From an uncultured Candidatus Saccharibacteria bacterium (lineage in GTDB: Bacteria; Patescibacteriota; Dojkabacteria; CAZCSM01), in assembly GCA_964501355.1 (NCBI GenBank), contig CAZCSM010000002.1, positions 5,884-69,883 on the forward strand: DNA of 64,000 nt, read 5' to 3'. Positions 46,047 through 54,632 of the stretch are shown here, piece by piece. Position numbers and translations under genes: made by a program. Within the stretch, counting starts at the first letter, position 1; every line of letters begins with the position of its first letter. A model generated the notes under the pieces. That model was not told where the DNA came from, did no database searches, and saw only the letters and a program-made list of their open reading frames with translations.

Positions 46047-47201
46047 ATGAAAGATTATAAAGTCGCTCTCGTTCATGATGATCTTCTCCAGTACGGTGGA
46101 GCTGAGCGTGTGCTTGAAGTAATGCATGAGATTTGGCCGGATGCTCCAATTTACACCTCGCTATATGATAGAGAAGAGATGTTAAAAAGGGGCTGGAACG
46201 ATGATGGAATGGATATTCGGACTAGCAAGTATCAATGGTTACCGTGGAAGGCAAAATTCGGCAACAAGTTCTATCTCCCAATATTTCCACTCGCTTTTGA
46301 ATCATTTGATTTTTCAGAATACGATCTTGTGATTTCGTCATCAACAAGGTTTGCCCATGGCGTTATAACGCGACCCGAGACTTGTCATATTAGTTACTGT
46401 AACTCACCCGCAAGATTTCTCTGGATGTATCCTGATTATGAAAAGGGACATGGCGGGATTAAATCTTGGCAGAAGCTTCTTCTAGCGCCGATTCTTCATT
46501 GGCAAAGAATTTGGGATCAATTAGCTTCCCAACGGCCGGATTTTTTCTTTGGGAACTCATCTACGTCAGTTGCAAGAATTAATAAGTTTTTCAGACGTTC
46601 TGCAGAAATACTTTTTCCTCCAGCAGATGTTTCCAATTTTCTCCCAAAGCAAAAGGTTGAAAAGAAAAATTATTATGTCATTGTTGGAAGAATGGCAGGG
46701 CACAAAAGATATGATATTGCTGTTGAAGCCTTTAACAAACTTGGCTCTGATTATGAGCTTCGCTTAATCGGTTCCGGTGATAAGCTTGAAGAACTTAAAT
46801 CTATGGCAAAAGAGAATGTTAAATTCTTAGGTTTTGTTAGTAATGAAGAACGTGAAAAACAGGTCCAAGAAGCAAATGGGTTTCTTTACCCGCAGCTTGA
46901 AGATTTCGGGCTAACGGCTGTTGAAGCAAATGCTGCAGGAACACCGGTTGTTGCTTATGGAAAAGGTGGTGCTCTTGATACTATTGTTGATGGGAAGACT
47001 GGTGTTTATTTTTCTGAACAAACGTCCGATTCTTTGGTTGATGCTATTAAACGATTTGAGAAAATGGCTTTGAGTGCTGATGATTGTATAGAAAATGCAA
47101 AACGATTTGATAAGGAAATCTTCAAGTCGAAGATGAAGAAACGTGTAGAGGAAATGTTTACAGAGTATCGTGTTGATTATGGATCTAGGAAGAAATCATA
47201 G
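46047..47201 (+). CDS. GT4-family glycosyltransferase (paralog 1 of a tandem pair)
   Basis: KVALVHDDLLQYGGAERVLEVMHEIWPDAPIYTS...VAYGKGGALDTIVDGKTG; 384 aa. Confidence 0.7.
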   Translation: MKDYKVALVHDDLLQYGGAERVLEVMHEIWPDAPIYTSLYDREEMLKRGWNDDGMDIRTSKYQWLPWKAKFGNKFYLPIFPLAFESFDFSEYDLVISSSTRFAHGVITRPETCHISYCNSPARFLWMYPDYEKGHGGIKSWQKLLLAPILHWQRIWDQLASQRPDFFFGNSSTSVARINKFFRRSAEILFPPADVSNFLPKQKVEKKNYYVIVGRMAGHKRYDIAVEAFNKLGSDYELRLIGSGDKLEELKSMAKENVKFLGFVSNEEREKQVQEANGFLYPQLEDFGLTAVEANAAGTPVVAYGKGGALDTIVDGKTGVYFSEQTSDSLVDAIKRFEKMALSADDCIENAKRFDKEIFKSKMKKRVEEMFTEYRVDYGSRKKS

Positions 47202-47223
47202 TGTGTTCTAGAAAAATTGGTTA

Positions 47224-47362
47224 TGTTACTTTTGCAAACAAAAGTAACCAAAATTTCTGAAACAAACCAGTTCCGACAAATAGCAATCCGATACAATTAA
47301 CTACCGGAATGGCCCGTTTCAGACTTCATCGGTTAACAACCTAATACAAATAACAAGGGGAA
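47224..47362 (+). ncRNA. copy D of repeated structured element family; its 3' AAGGGG doubles as the ribosome-binding site of GT4 gene 47364
   Basis: gttacttttgcaaacaaaagtaacc hairpin, helix ctgaaac..ttccg / cggaa..gtttcag, caaatagcaatccgatac, tail ctaatacaaataacaaggggaaa-ATG. Confidence 0.5.
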
Positions 47363-47363
47363 A

Positions 47364-48503
47364 ATGGAATATGAAAAACAAAAATTGAAAGTTGCTCTTG
47401 TCCATGACTACCTCCAGTGGCACGGTGGTGCGGAGAAGGTTTTGGAGGCTTTGCATGAAATTTGGCCGGATGCTCCGGTTTATACTTCTGTTTATAATCC
47501 GGATACAATGCCGGATCTTTACAAGTCTTGGGATATCAGAACTTCCTTTATGCAAAAATTACCGTGGTGGAGCAAGTTTTTGAAACATTATTCCTTTCTT
47601 TATCCGATGGCTTTTGAGCAGTTCGACTTTTCAGAATACGACTTGGTCATTTCTTCATCTGCCGGATTTGCAAAGGGAATTATTACAAGACCAGAAACGA
47701 CTCATATTGCATATACTCATACTCCTCCTCGTTTCCAGTGGGGATATGCTACTGCAACGCGTGAAAAGCTAAACGGTTTTTACACAAACTGGATTTTGCC
47801 TCCGATTGATAATTACCTAAGGATTTGGGATCAATGTGCTGCAAAACGGGTTGATTATTTTGTATGTAATTCGAGAGAGGTACAAAAAAGAATTAAAAAG
47901 ATTTATAGACAGGATTCAACTGTAATAAATCCACCGGTCGAATTTGAACGATTTGCGGATCATGAATCGAAGAAGGAGAATTATTTTGTAACCATTGGCA
48001 GATTAGAAAGGTATAAGAATTTTGACTTATTAATAAAAGCTTTTAATAAACTTGGTCTTGATTACAAGTTAAAAATTATAGGTGGTGGAAGTGACGAAGC
48101 TTATCTTAGGTCGTTAGCACATTCAAATATCGAGTTTATGGGTCGCGCTTCTGACGATGATTTGACCAAGCTTTTGTGCAATGCAAAAGCTTTCATTTAC
48201 GCCGCAGAGGAAGATTTTGGAATTGTTATGGCGGAATCCTTAGCGGCTGGAACACCTATTGTTGCTTATGGAAAAGCGGGGGCGCTTGAAATTGTGGAAG
48301 AGAATAAAACAGGGGTGTTTTTCAAAGATCTTTCTGAAGAATCGATTGCTTCCGCGATTCATAATTTTGAAAAGATGGAATTTGATTTAGAGTATTGCAA
48401 AAAACAGGCCCAAAGATTTTCGAAGGAACGGTTTAAGAATGAAATAAAAAATTTTGTTTCAAAGTTGTTACAAAGTAGAAGCAAAGTAGATACAAATGTT
48501 TAG
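47364..48503 (+). CDS. GT4-family glycosyltransferase (paralog 2)
   Basis: KVALVHDYLQWHGGAEKVLEALHEIWPDAPVYTS...VAYGKAGALEIVEENKTG; 379 aa. Confidence 0.7.
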   Translation: MEYEKQKLKVALVHDYLQWHGGAEKVLEALHEIWPDAPVYTSVYNPDTMPDLYKSWDIRTSFMQKLPWWSKFLKHYSFLYPMAFEQFDFSEYDLVISSSAGFAKGIITRPETTHIAYTHTPPRFQWGYATATREKLNGFYTNWILPPIDNYLRIWDQCAAKRVDYFVCNSREVQKRIKKIYRQDSTVINPPVEFERFADHESKKENYFVTIGRLERYKNFDLLIKAFNKLGLDYKLKIIGGGSDEAYLRSLAHSNIEFMGRASDDDLTKLLCNAKAFIYAAEEDFGIVMAESLAAGTPIVAYGKAGALEIVEENKTGVFFKDLSEESIASAIHNFEKMEFDLEYCKKQAQRFSKERFKNEIKNFVSKLLQSRSKVDTNV

Positions 48504-48668
48504 AAGGTTTTTATGAGATAATTTCTAATTACTAATATCTAATTTCTGAACAAATTCAAAATATCAAATCCCAATCCTTGTTTAGATTAATTAGGTTAAT
48601 TAGGTCAATTAGAAATTTGGATCGAACTGTATGACGTTATATTATTAAAATAAACATAAATTACTTAC

Positions 48669-49292
48669 ATGAAGAATTCTGTAAAAAGATTAATGGATAT
48701 TGTTATTTCTCTCTGTGCACTGATTTTAGGGTTTCCTATTTATCTTATTACTGCAATTGCCATTAAGCTGGACTCAAAAGGTCCTGTTTTTTACTCTCAA
48801 GATCGAGTCGGGAGAAATGAGAAGAATTTCAAATTCTGGAAATTTCGATCAATGGTTGTTAATGCTGATGAAATCCTTTTCAAGAATAAGGAGATGTATG
48901 AAAAGATGAGATCCGGTTCACATAAGATTGCTGATGATCCACGAATTACAAAGGTAGGAAAGTTTATTAGAAGAACGTCTATCGATGAGTTGCCTCAATT
49001 TTGGAATATATTGAAAGGTGATATGAGCTTTGTCGGTCCTCGTGCATATAGACCGGATGAGATAAAAATTTATCGGGATGAAAAAAGAGAGGGCTATGAA
49101 TTGTTTCCAAAAGTATTTTCTGTAAAACCAGGACTTACTGGTATCTGGCAAGTGTCTGGGAGATCAACTCTTACATTCCTTCAACGTGTGCAAATGGACG
49201 CTGACTATGCAGAGAATTGGACTGTTCCCGGTGATGTAAAGATTATTATTCAGACACCAATTGCGGTTATTAAAGGTGAAGGTGCGTATTAA
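48669..49292 (+). CDS. initiating polyprenyl-phosphate sugar-phosphate transferase, small PglC/WbaP-C-terminal type
   Basis: single N-terminal TM, GPVFYSQDRVGRNEKNFKFWKFRSM, DELPQFWNILKGDMSFVGPRA motifs of PF02397 sugar transferases. Confidence 0.8.
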   Translation: MKNSVKRLMDIVISLCALILGFPIYLITAIAIKLDSKGPVFYSQDRVGRNEKNFKFWKFRSMVVNADEILFKNKEMYEKMRSGSHKIADDPRITKVGKFIRRTSIDELPQFWNILKGDMSFVGPRAYRPDEIKIYRDEKREGYELFPKVFSVKPGLTGIWQVSGRSTLTFLQRVQMDADYAENWTVPGDVKIIIQTPIAVIKGEGAY

Positions 49293-49511
49293 TAAGTAAT
49301 AGTTAAAAAGTAATAAGTAATAAGAGCGGCATTACAGTTACATGTTTGATTGTCAAAAGTCGGAATGTCTATAACGCCGAAAGGAAGATGCTTTGTTATT
49401 CCGGATATGTTGCATGACACTGTGTATAAAACTTCAGAAAATTACACTGTTAGCTGTTAGCTGAACTTTTTGTTATACTGAATCTTGATTTCGAATTGCC
49501 CTTACATTGTA

Positions 49512-51479
49512 ATGACTAAAATTGATATTAAAGTTGATACGAAAAGACATAGGAATGCACATAGGTTTGAAAAGAATGTCTTATCGAAGTTTCCTAAAAC
49601 TGTTAATGAAAAAAGGAAAAAGTTAATTAAAACTCTTTCAATTGTTTTTTCAGTATTCCTCATGTTATTAGCAGTAATAGGCGTTTGGGGCTATTACAAG
49701 CTTTATCTTCCTGCAATGAGACTTAAAGATCAGGCATATTCGATGCTTGATGAGGTTAACATTGCAAAGAATTACTTTGAGAGTCAAGATCTCGTAAGTT
49801 TGCAAAATCAAATTCCAATTGTTGAAACAGAGCTCGAAGAATTTATTTCTCAGTATGAATATTTTTCCTTTGCTGAAAAGCTGCCGATTGCAAAAGGCTA
49901 TTATGCAAATGGAACCAATCTTCTTGAAGCTGCCAGATTATCAATTCCTCTTGGCCAAAGTCTATTAACGGCTGCAACTCCTATCGCAGATGTCTTCGGT
50001 TATAAAACGACAGATGGTGAACAGGAAGAGGTCGCAGGGCAAGAGAAAATAGAAACGATTATTCGGAACCTCCCCGATATTTCCTCTGTTTTGGAAGAAT
50101 CTGACTCACAGGTGGATCAGATTCTAGACGCATTATCCAGAATTGATCCCAAGTATATCCCCGAGAAAGTCGGAGATATGGAAATTGGGAGCAAATTCGA
50201 GGAGATAGATTTTGTCTTAAAAGAGAGTAAAAATATTTTTGCAGATGTACAAGAAGTTCTTCAGCTTGTCCCAAGTTTAGCTGGCGCAGATGGGAAAAAG
50301 ACCTATCTCATTCTTTTTCAGAATGATATGGAAATACGTCCAACAGGTGGATTTATTACAGCTTTTGGTTATGCGGAAATTGAGAATGGCGTTTTGGGAG
50401 ATATTGTAAGTGAGGATATTTATAACTTGGATCGAAAAATTTATAGTTGGGAAAAGGCCCCAAAAGAAATTCAAGAATATCTAGGTGTGTATGAGTGGCA
50501 CATTCGAGATGTAAACATTCATGCGGATTTGGTTTCTGCTTCGCAGAAATTTGAAGAGATGTATGCAAATCAATATCGACCTAGAGATTTCGATGGGATT
50601 GTCTATTTGGATACGGGGTTTGTAGAATCATTGATTTCCGTTGTCGGGCCAATTGAGCTGAAAAAATATAATGAAACAATTACCGCAGAAAACGTTGTTC
50701 ATGAACTGGAAATATACTCCGAGAAGATATTAACCGGTGGCGCCGATCGGAAGCAGTTCATGGAAGATTTGATGGGAGAACTTATTTCTAGAGTAATTGA
50801 GGCTCGAAGTGAAGAGTGGGGCGGTTTAATTAGCGGCGTCTGGTCTTCTCTTGAAACAAAAAGTTTGCAGTTTTACTTTCATAATGAAGATGTACAGTCT
50901 CTTGCTTCAAAGTATGGATTTACCGGAGAAGTTAATGAAGATGTTGATGGCGATTTCCTCTATGTTGTTGAATCAAATATGGGAGGATTGAAATCCAATA
51001 TTTATGTCACAAGTGCAATGACACAAAATATTCAGATTGATGATGATGGTTCGGTTACAAAAACCGTAAAAATTAGATGGGAAAATCCCGAACCAAAAGA
51101 TTTTTGGCTTAATGGTCCATATCGAAATTGGGTGAGAGTCTATGTTCCTAAAGGCTCGGAGTTAATAGGGGACGGTGTTTGGACAAGGACTCCTAATGAG
51201 GATTGGAATGAAAAGGATTATGGGAAAACAATTTTTGAATCTTTTGTCACGGTTCCTGTTGCAACCGGATGTTCATATTATGATAAAGAAAAAAATTGTG
51301 AACCGGGTGTTGCAGAGATAGTGTTTACGTATAGACTACCGTTCACGGTTGATAAAAAGGAGCCGTATTCTCTATTTATTCAAAAACAGCCTGGGCGAGA
51401 CGATGAGCCACAAACGATCATTATTAATGATGAAACGTTTGAGGAAGTTTTGAATAGGGATTTGGAATTAATGTTGTAG
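49512..51479 (+). CDS. large membrane-anchored extracytoplasmic protein, hypothetical (adjacent to initiating transferase)
   Basis: N-terminal TM LSIVFSVFLMLLAVIGVWGYY then ~600-aa soluble domain; start placed at ATG 49512. Confidence 0.55.
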   Translation: MTKIDIKVDTKRHRNAHRFEKNVLSKFPKTVNEKRKKLIKTLSIVFSVFLMLLAVIGVWGYYKLYLPAMRLKDQAYSMLDEVNIAKNYFESQDLVSLQNQIPIVETELEEFISQYEYFSFAEKLPIAKGYYANGTNLLEAARLSIPLGQSLLTAATPIADVFGYKTTDGEQEEVAGQEKIETIIRNLPDISSVLEESDSQVDQILDALSRIDPKYIPEKVGDMEIGSKFEEIDFVLKESKNIFADVQEVLQLVPSLAGADGKKTYLILFQNDMEIRPTGGFITAFGYAEIENGVLGDIVSEDIYNLDRKIYSWEKAPKEIQEYLGVYEWHIRDVNIHADLVSASQKFEEMYANQYRPRDFDGIVYLDTGFVESLISVVGPIELKKYNETITAENVVHELEIYSEKILTGGADRKQFMEDLMGELISRVIEARSEEWGGLISGVWSSLETKSLQFYFHNEDVQSLASKYGFTGEVNEDVDGDFLYVVESNMGGLKSNIYVTSAMTQNIQIDDDGSVTKTVKIRWENPEPKDFWLNGPYRNWVRVYVPKGSELIGDGVWTRTPNEDWNEKDYGKTIFESFVTVPVATGCSYYDKEKNCEPGVAEIVFTYRLPFTVDKKEPYSLFIQKQPGRDDEPQTIIINDETFEEVLNRDLELML

Positions 51480-51697
51480 CAATGTGGTATCAATGTTGGA
51501 ACAATGTAGTACTTGTTAAGTCAAACGTCTATAAAGTCAAAAGTTAAACGTCTAAATTCAGATATTCTTCGAGCGAAGTCGAGAAGTTGTTGTCTTTCAT
51601 TCTGCCTTTGAAATTGTCGTTATTCGATAAACTCCTTGAAAAATTGGATGAACAGCACTAGTCTTTGAGCTTTTAGTTTTACCTTTTTACTTTTCTC

Positions 51698-52426
51698 ATG
51701 CTTTATAAGGACACAGGGATTATTATTAAGCAAGTTGAATATTCCGATTACGATCGGATTCTTACTATTCTTACCAAAAACCACGGGAAAATTTCTGCAA
51801 TTGCGAAAGGTGTCCGTCGGTTAACTAGTAGCAAATCTGCCTCGACAGATCTTTTTGTAAAGAGTAAATTTTCATTCGCCGAAGGTAGGAATCTTGATAT
51901 CGTAACAGAAACAATTGTTGAAGATGTTTATGAAAAATCGAAAGAATCATATGACCAGATTACAACACTTTTCTATCTTGCAAGAGTTATTGATCAACTT
52001 GTAGTTGAAGGCGATGGGATGCAATCGAAAGATATATTCCATCTTTTAGAGAAGACCCTCGATTTATTAAACAAAGCATTTACTACGAATGCTTCAATAG
52101 ATATTTTTGTCGCCGCCTTCGAATTACATCTACTGAGAGTTTTAGGACTTTTACCGAGTTTCTATAATTGCGTTGAATGTGGAAAAGAACTTCGAGAAAG
52201 TAAGTCCTTCATCTTTCGTCCAAGTACCGGAGGTATAATTTGTGACGCCTGTTCAAACCTGAGTGAAGGAAATCTGAACGTTGATGCAATCAAAACTTTA
52301 CGGTACCTGTCCGAGAGTTCAATCGAAAAGAGCGTCTTATTAAGTTGCGACCAGCCTGTTCTAAAAGCGGTGAATTTAGTTAATAAGGGAATGTTGGAGT
52401 ATTTTATGGATTTGAAACTGAACTAG
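51698..52426 (+). CDS. recO: DNA repair protein RecO
   Basis: N-terminal OB-fold segment GIIIKQVEYSDYDRILTILTKNHGKISAIAKGVRR and C-terminal CVECG...CDAC zinc motif; 242 aa. Confidence 0.7.
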   Translation: MLYKDTGIIIKQVEYSDYDRILTILTKNHGKISAIAKGVRRLTSSKSASTDLFVKSKFSFAEGRNLDIVTETIVEDVYEKSKESYDQITTLFYLARVIDQLVVEGDGMQSKDIFHLLEKTLDLLNKAFTTNASIDIFVAAFELHLLRVLGLLPSFYNCVECGKELRESKSFIFRPSTGGIICDACSNLSEGNLNVDAIKTLRYLSESSIEKSVLLSCDQPVLKAVNLVNKGMLEYFMDLKLN

Positions 52427-52499
52427 CGAACCATTATCTTCCAATTTTTGAGTTTTCTGTTTATACTGAAGTTTGTAATTAATTTTTCATCATAAATTT

Positions 52500-53261
52500 A
52501 TGGACATAGGAAAAGCGTTCGGGCAAATGTTTAAAGATCCAAAGTGGGTAAAGAAAATGCTATTCTATGGACTTTTTTGTTTCCTATGTGTGTTTCTCGT
52601 CGGAATTCCTTTTGTTGCAGGTTATACAATTTTGATTTTGAATAACTATATGCAAGGCAAGGATGAGCTTCCTGAATGGGAGGGTAATTGGGAGAATATC
52701 CTTATGACGGGACTCAAATTTATAGTTTTTGGAATAATCTTCGGAGTTGTTAGTTGGATAATTTCCTTCTTCTCTTCAGGCATTTTAAGTATTGTTGCCA
52801 GAATAATGACCGAGACCGATGGTTTGGAAATGATTGGTTTAATATTGACCTTTGTGCAAATGGGCGTCTCTTTCTTCATCAGTGCCGTTATTACCTTGGT
52901 TGGGAATATGGCACAGATTCGGTTCGCAAAGAACCTTAGCTTTTCAGACGTCTTTGACTTTGATTGGTACTTCTCCTTCTTTAAGAAGAGCTGGTCTAAT
53001 CTGATAGTTGTCTGGTTGTTATCAATTGTCACCGGAATAATATCTATGGCGGGTCTGTTTGCATTATGTGTGGGTGTTTTCTTTACAGCATTTTACGCAA
53101 TGGTGACAAATGCTGCACTTCTTGCTGAAGTAGCAAAGGCTGCAGGTGAAACTGCTACATCAAGTGACCCTGTTAAAGCGACTACAGAATCGGCTCCGAC
53201 TGCATTACCAGTTGCTCCAGCAAAGGTTACAGAAGAAGGACCGGTAAAGATGGTAAAGTAA
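52500..53261 (+). CDS. hypothetical multi-TM membrane protein with Ala/Thr/Pro-rich C-terminal tail
   Basis: 253-aa ORF, 5-6 hydrophobic helices. Confidence 0.5.
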   Translation: MDIGKAFGQMFKDPKWVKKMLFYGLFCFLCVFLVGIPFVAGYTILILNNYMQGKDELPEWEGNWENILMTGLKFIVFGIIFGVVSWIISFFSSGILSIVARIMTETDGLEMIGLILTFVQMGVSFFISAVITLVGNMAQIRFAKNLSFSDVFDFDWYFSFFKKSWSNLIVVWLLSIVTGIISMAGLFALCVGVFFTAFYAMVTNAALLAEVAKAAGETATSSDPVKATTESAPTALPVAPAKVTEEGPVKMVK

Positions 53262-53366
53262 ATTCATGTATGTAAAATTTAAAGGCACCTTTTGGGTGCC
53301 TTTTTCTTTGCAATATTTTAATAAGCGTATATTATTATTTTTATATAATATTTTATTAAGAAGTAA

Positions 53367-54047
53367 ATGGAGATTATGTTGCCGATTATCCTCACTACGA
53401 TCCCTCTTGTAATTATTGCGAGTACTGTAATTGGAGTTGTTACTCTGCTAAAAAGAAAGAAGGAAGGTCCCGTTAACTTGGATTTTAAATTAGTCTTCAG
53501 AGTTTATTATTACATAATAATGTTTGCTTCAGTGGTATCAATCGGAATTGGAGGAATGTTTACACTCAAAAGTCTTTTTACTAATGTCTGGGGGAAAGAA
53601 TTTAGTTATCGGAAAGAGTATGTCTCAGAAGAATATTATACAAAACCAGTTCTTGAGGATGAAGTTGTTCGTGAACCGGAATATGAATATGTAAAAGATG
53701 TCGAGAAAAAGGATTTAATTTCTGGATTGAGCTACTTACTAATTGCGACTCCGATATTACTTTTACACGTGTATGGTTTGTCTCAACTGGAAAAGAGCGA
53801 CGGTGTGAACTGGCAGATTAAGAAAGTATACCTGATTGTTTCTTTGGTTGTGTTCTCGATGGTCGGTGTTATCTCTCTTCCCGTTGGAATTTATCAGACT
53901 TTACAGTTCTTCATTACAGAGCAGGCGGATGATAATTGGACCTCAATCGTTCCAGGTGAGTATCTCGCAACTGCATGTTCATTTGTCCCAATCTGGGTAT
54001 ATTATTTGATGAAGTTTAATAAAGTTGTATTGAAAACCAAGGATTGA
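53367..54047 (+). CDS. hypothetical multi-TM membrane protein
   Basis: 226-aa ORF, 4-5 hydrophobic helices. Confidence 0.5.
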   Translation: MEIMLPIILTTIPLVIIASTVIGVVTLLKRKKEGPVNLDFKLVFRVYYYIIMFASVVSIGIGGMFTLKSLFTNVWGKEFSYRKEYVSEEYYTKPVLEDEVVREPEYEYVKDVEKKDLISGLSYLLIATPILLLHVYGLSQLEKSDGVNWQIKKVYLIVSLVVFSMVGVISLPVGIYQTLQFFITEQADDNWTSIVPGEYLATACSFVPIWVYYLMKFNKVVLKTKD

Positions 54048-54072
54048 TAAATTGTGGGTTTTGGGGTAAAAT
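54044..54072 (+). promoter_or_regulatory. sigma70-like promoter for the glyQS T-box leader (TTGATA-17 nt-TAAAAT)
   Basis: -35 ttgata 54044-54049, -10 taaaat 54067-54072, spacer 17 nt; read directly. Confidence 0.4.
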
Positions 54073-54077
54073 CTTTA

Positions 54078-54270
54078 TATAAGCGATCGGGGAATACTGT
54101 GAAAGCCCGAAATAAATTGGCAAATCGATGAGAATAAATCCTGTGCTGAGCATTGTCGAAGCATTAAAGTGTCCTTGTCGCTCGGGTTTTCTGAGTGGAG
54201 GGGAATAAAGGTGGAACCACCGTGAATTACGGTCCTTGTTTGATTATTTATCAAGCAGGGACCTTTTTTT
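54078..54270 (+). promoter_or_regulatory. T-box riboswitch leader, glycine-specific (minimal glyQS type): specifier candidate GGC-A, antiterminator with UGGAACC bulge, overlapping terminator
   Basis: aaGG-UGGAACC-ACCG-ugaauua-CGGU-CCuu at 54208-54237 reproduces the A1/7-nt bulge/A2 antiterminator; bulge UGGA complements tRNA-Gly UCCA; terminator ggtccttgtttga-ttattta-tcaagcagggacc + T7 at 54231-54270; aauuGGCAaau upstream. Confidence 0.6.
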
Positions 54271-54349
54271 ATTCTTTAAACGAAAGCTATTATTTACTTG
54301 TTCGATTCCGTGTATATTAATAACGTATAAATTTTATTTTGTTGGCTCT

Positions 54350-54490
54350 GTTACTTTTGCAAACAAAAGTAACCAAAATTTCTGGGACAACCCAGTTCCG
54401 ACAAATAGCAACCAAATACAGATAACTACCGGAATGGGATTGGCCCAGGCCCCAACGGCTAACAACCTGATACAAATAACATGGGGAAAT
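54350..54490 (+). ncRNA. copy E of repeated structured element family, lying between the T-box terminator and the glyQS start codon
   Basis: gttacttttgcaaacaaaagtaacc, helix ctgggacaacccagttccg / cggaatgggattggcccag, caaatagcaaccaaatac, tail ctgatacaaataacatggggaaa. Confidence 0.5.
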
Positions 54491-54632
54491 ATAAAACATA
54501 ATTAGCAGATATTAATGAAAGTTGTTTTTAATATACAATTTTATACATCCACTCAGCCTGCCGGCCGGACAGGCAGGGGTGGTGGTTGGGTTTACGTTTT
54601 AGCGATTTAATTCTATTTAAGTTAATTTTATT

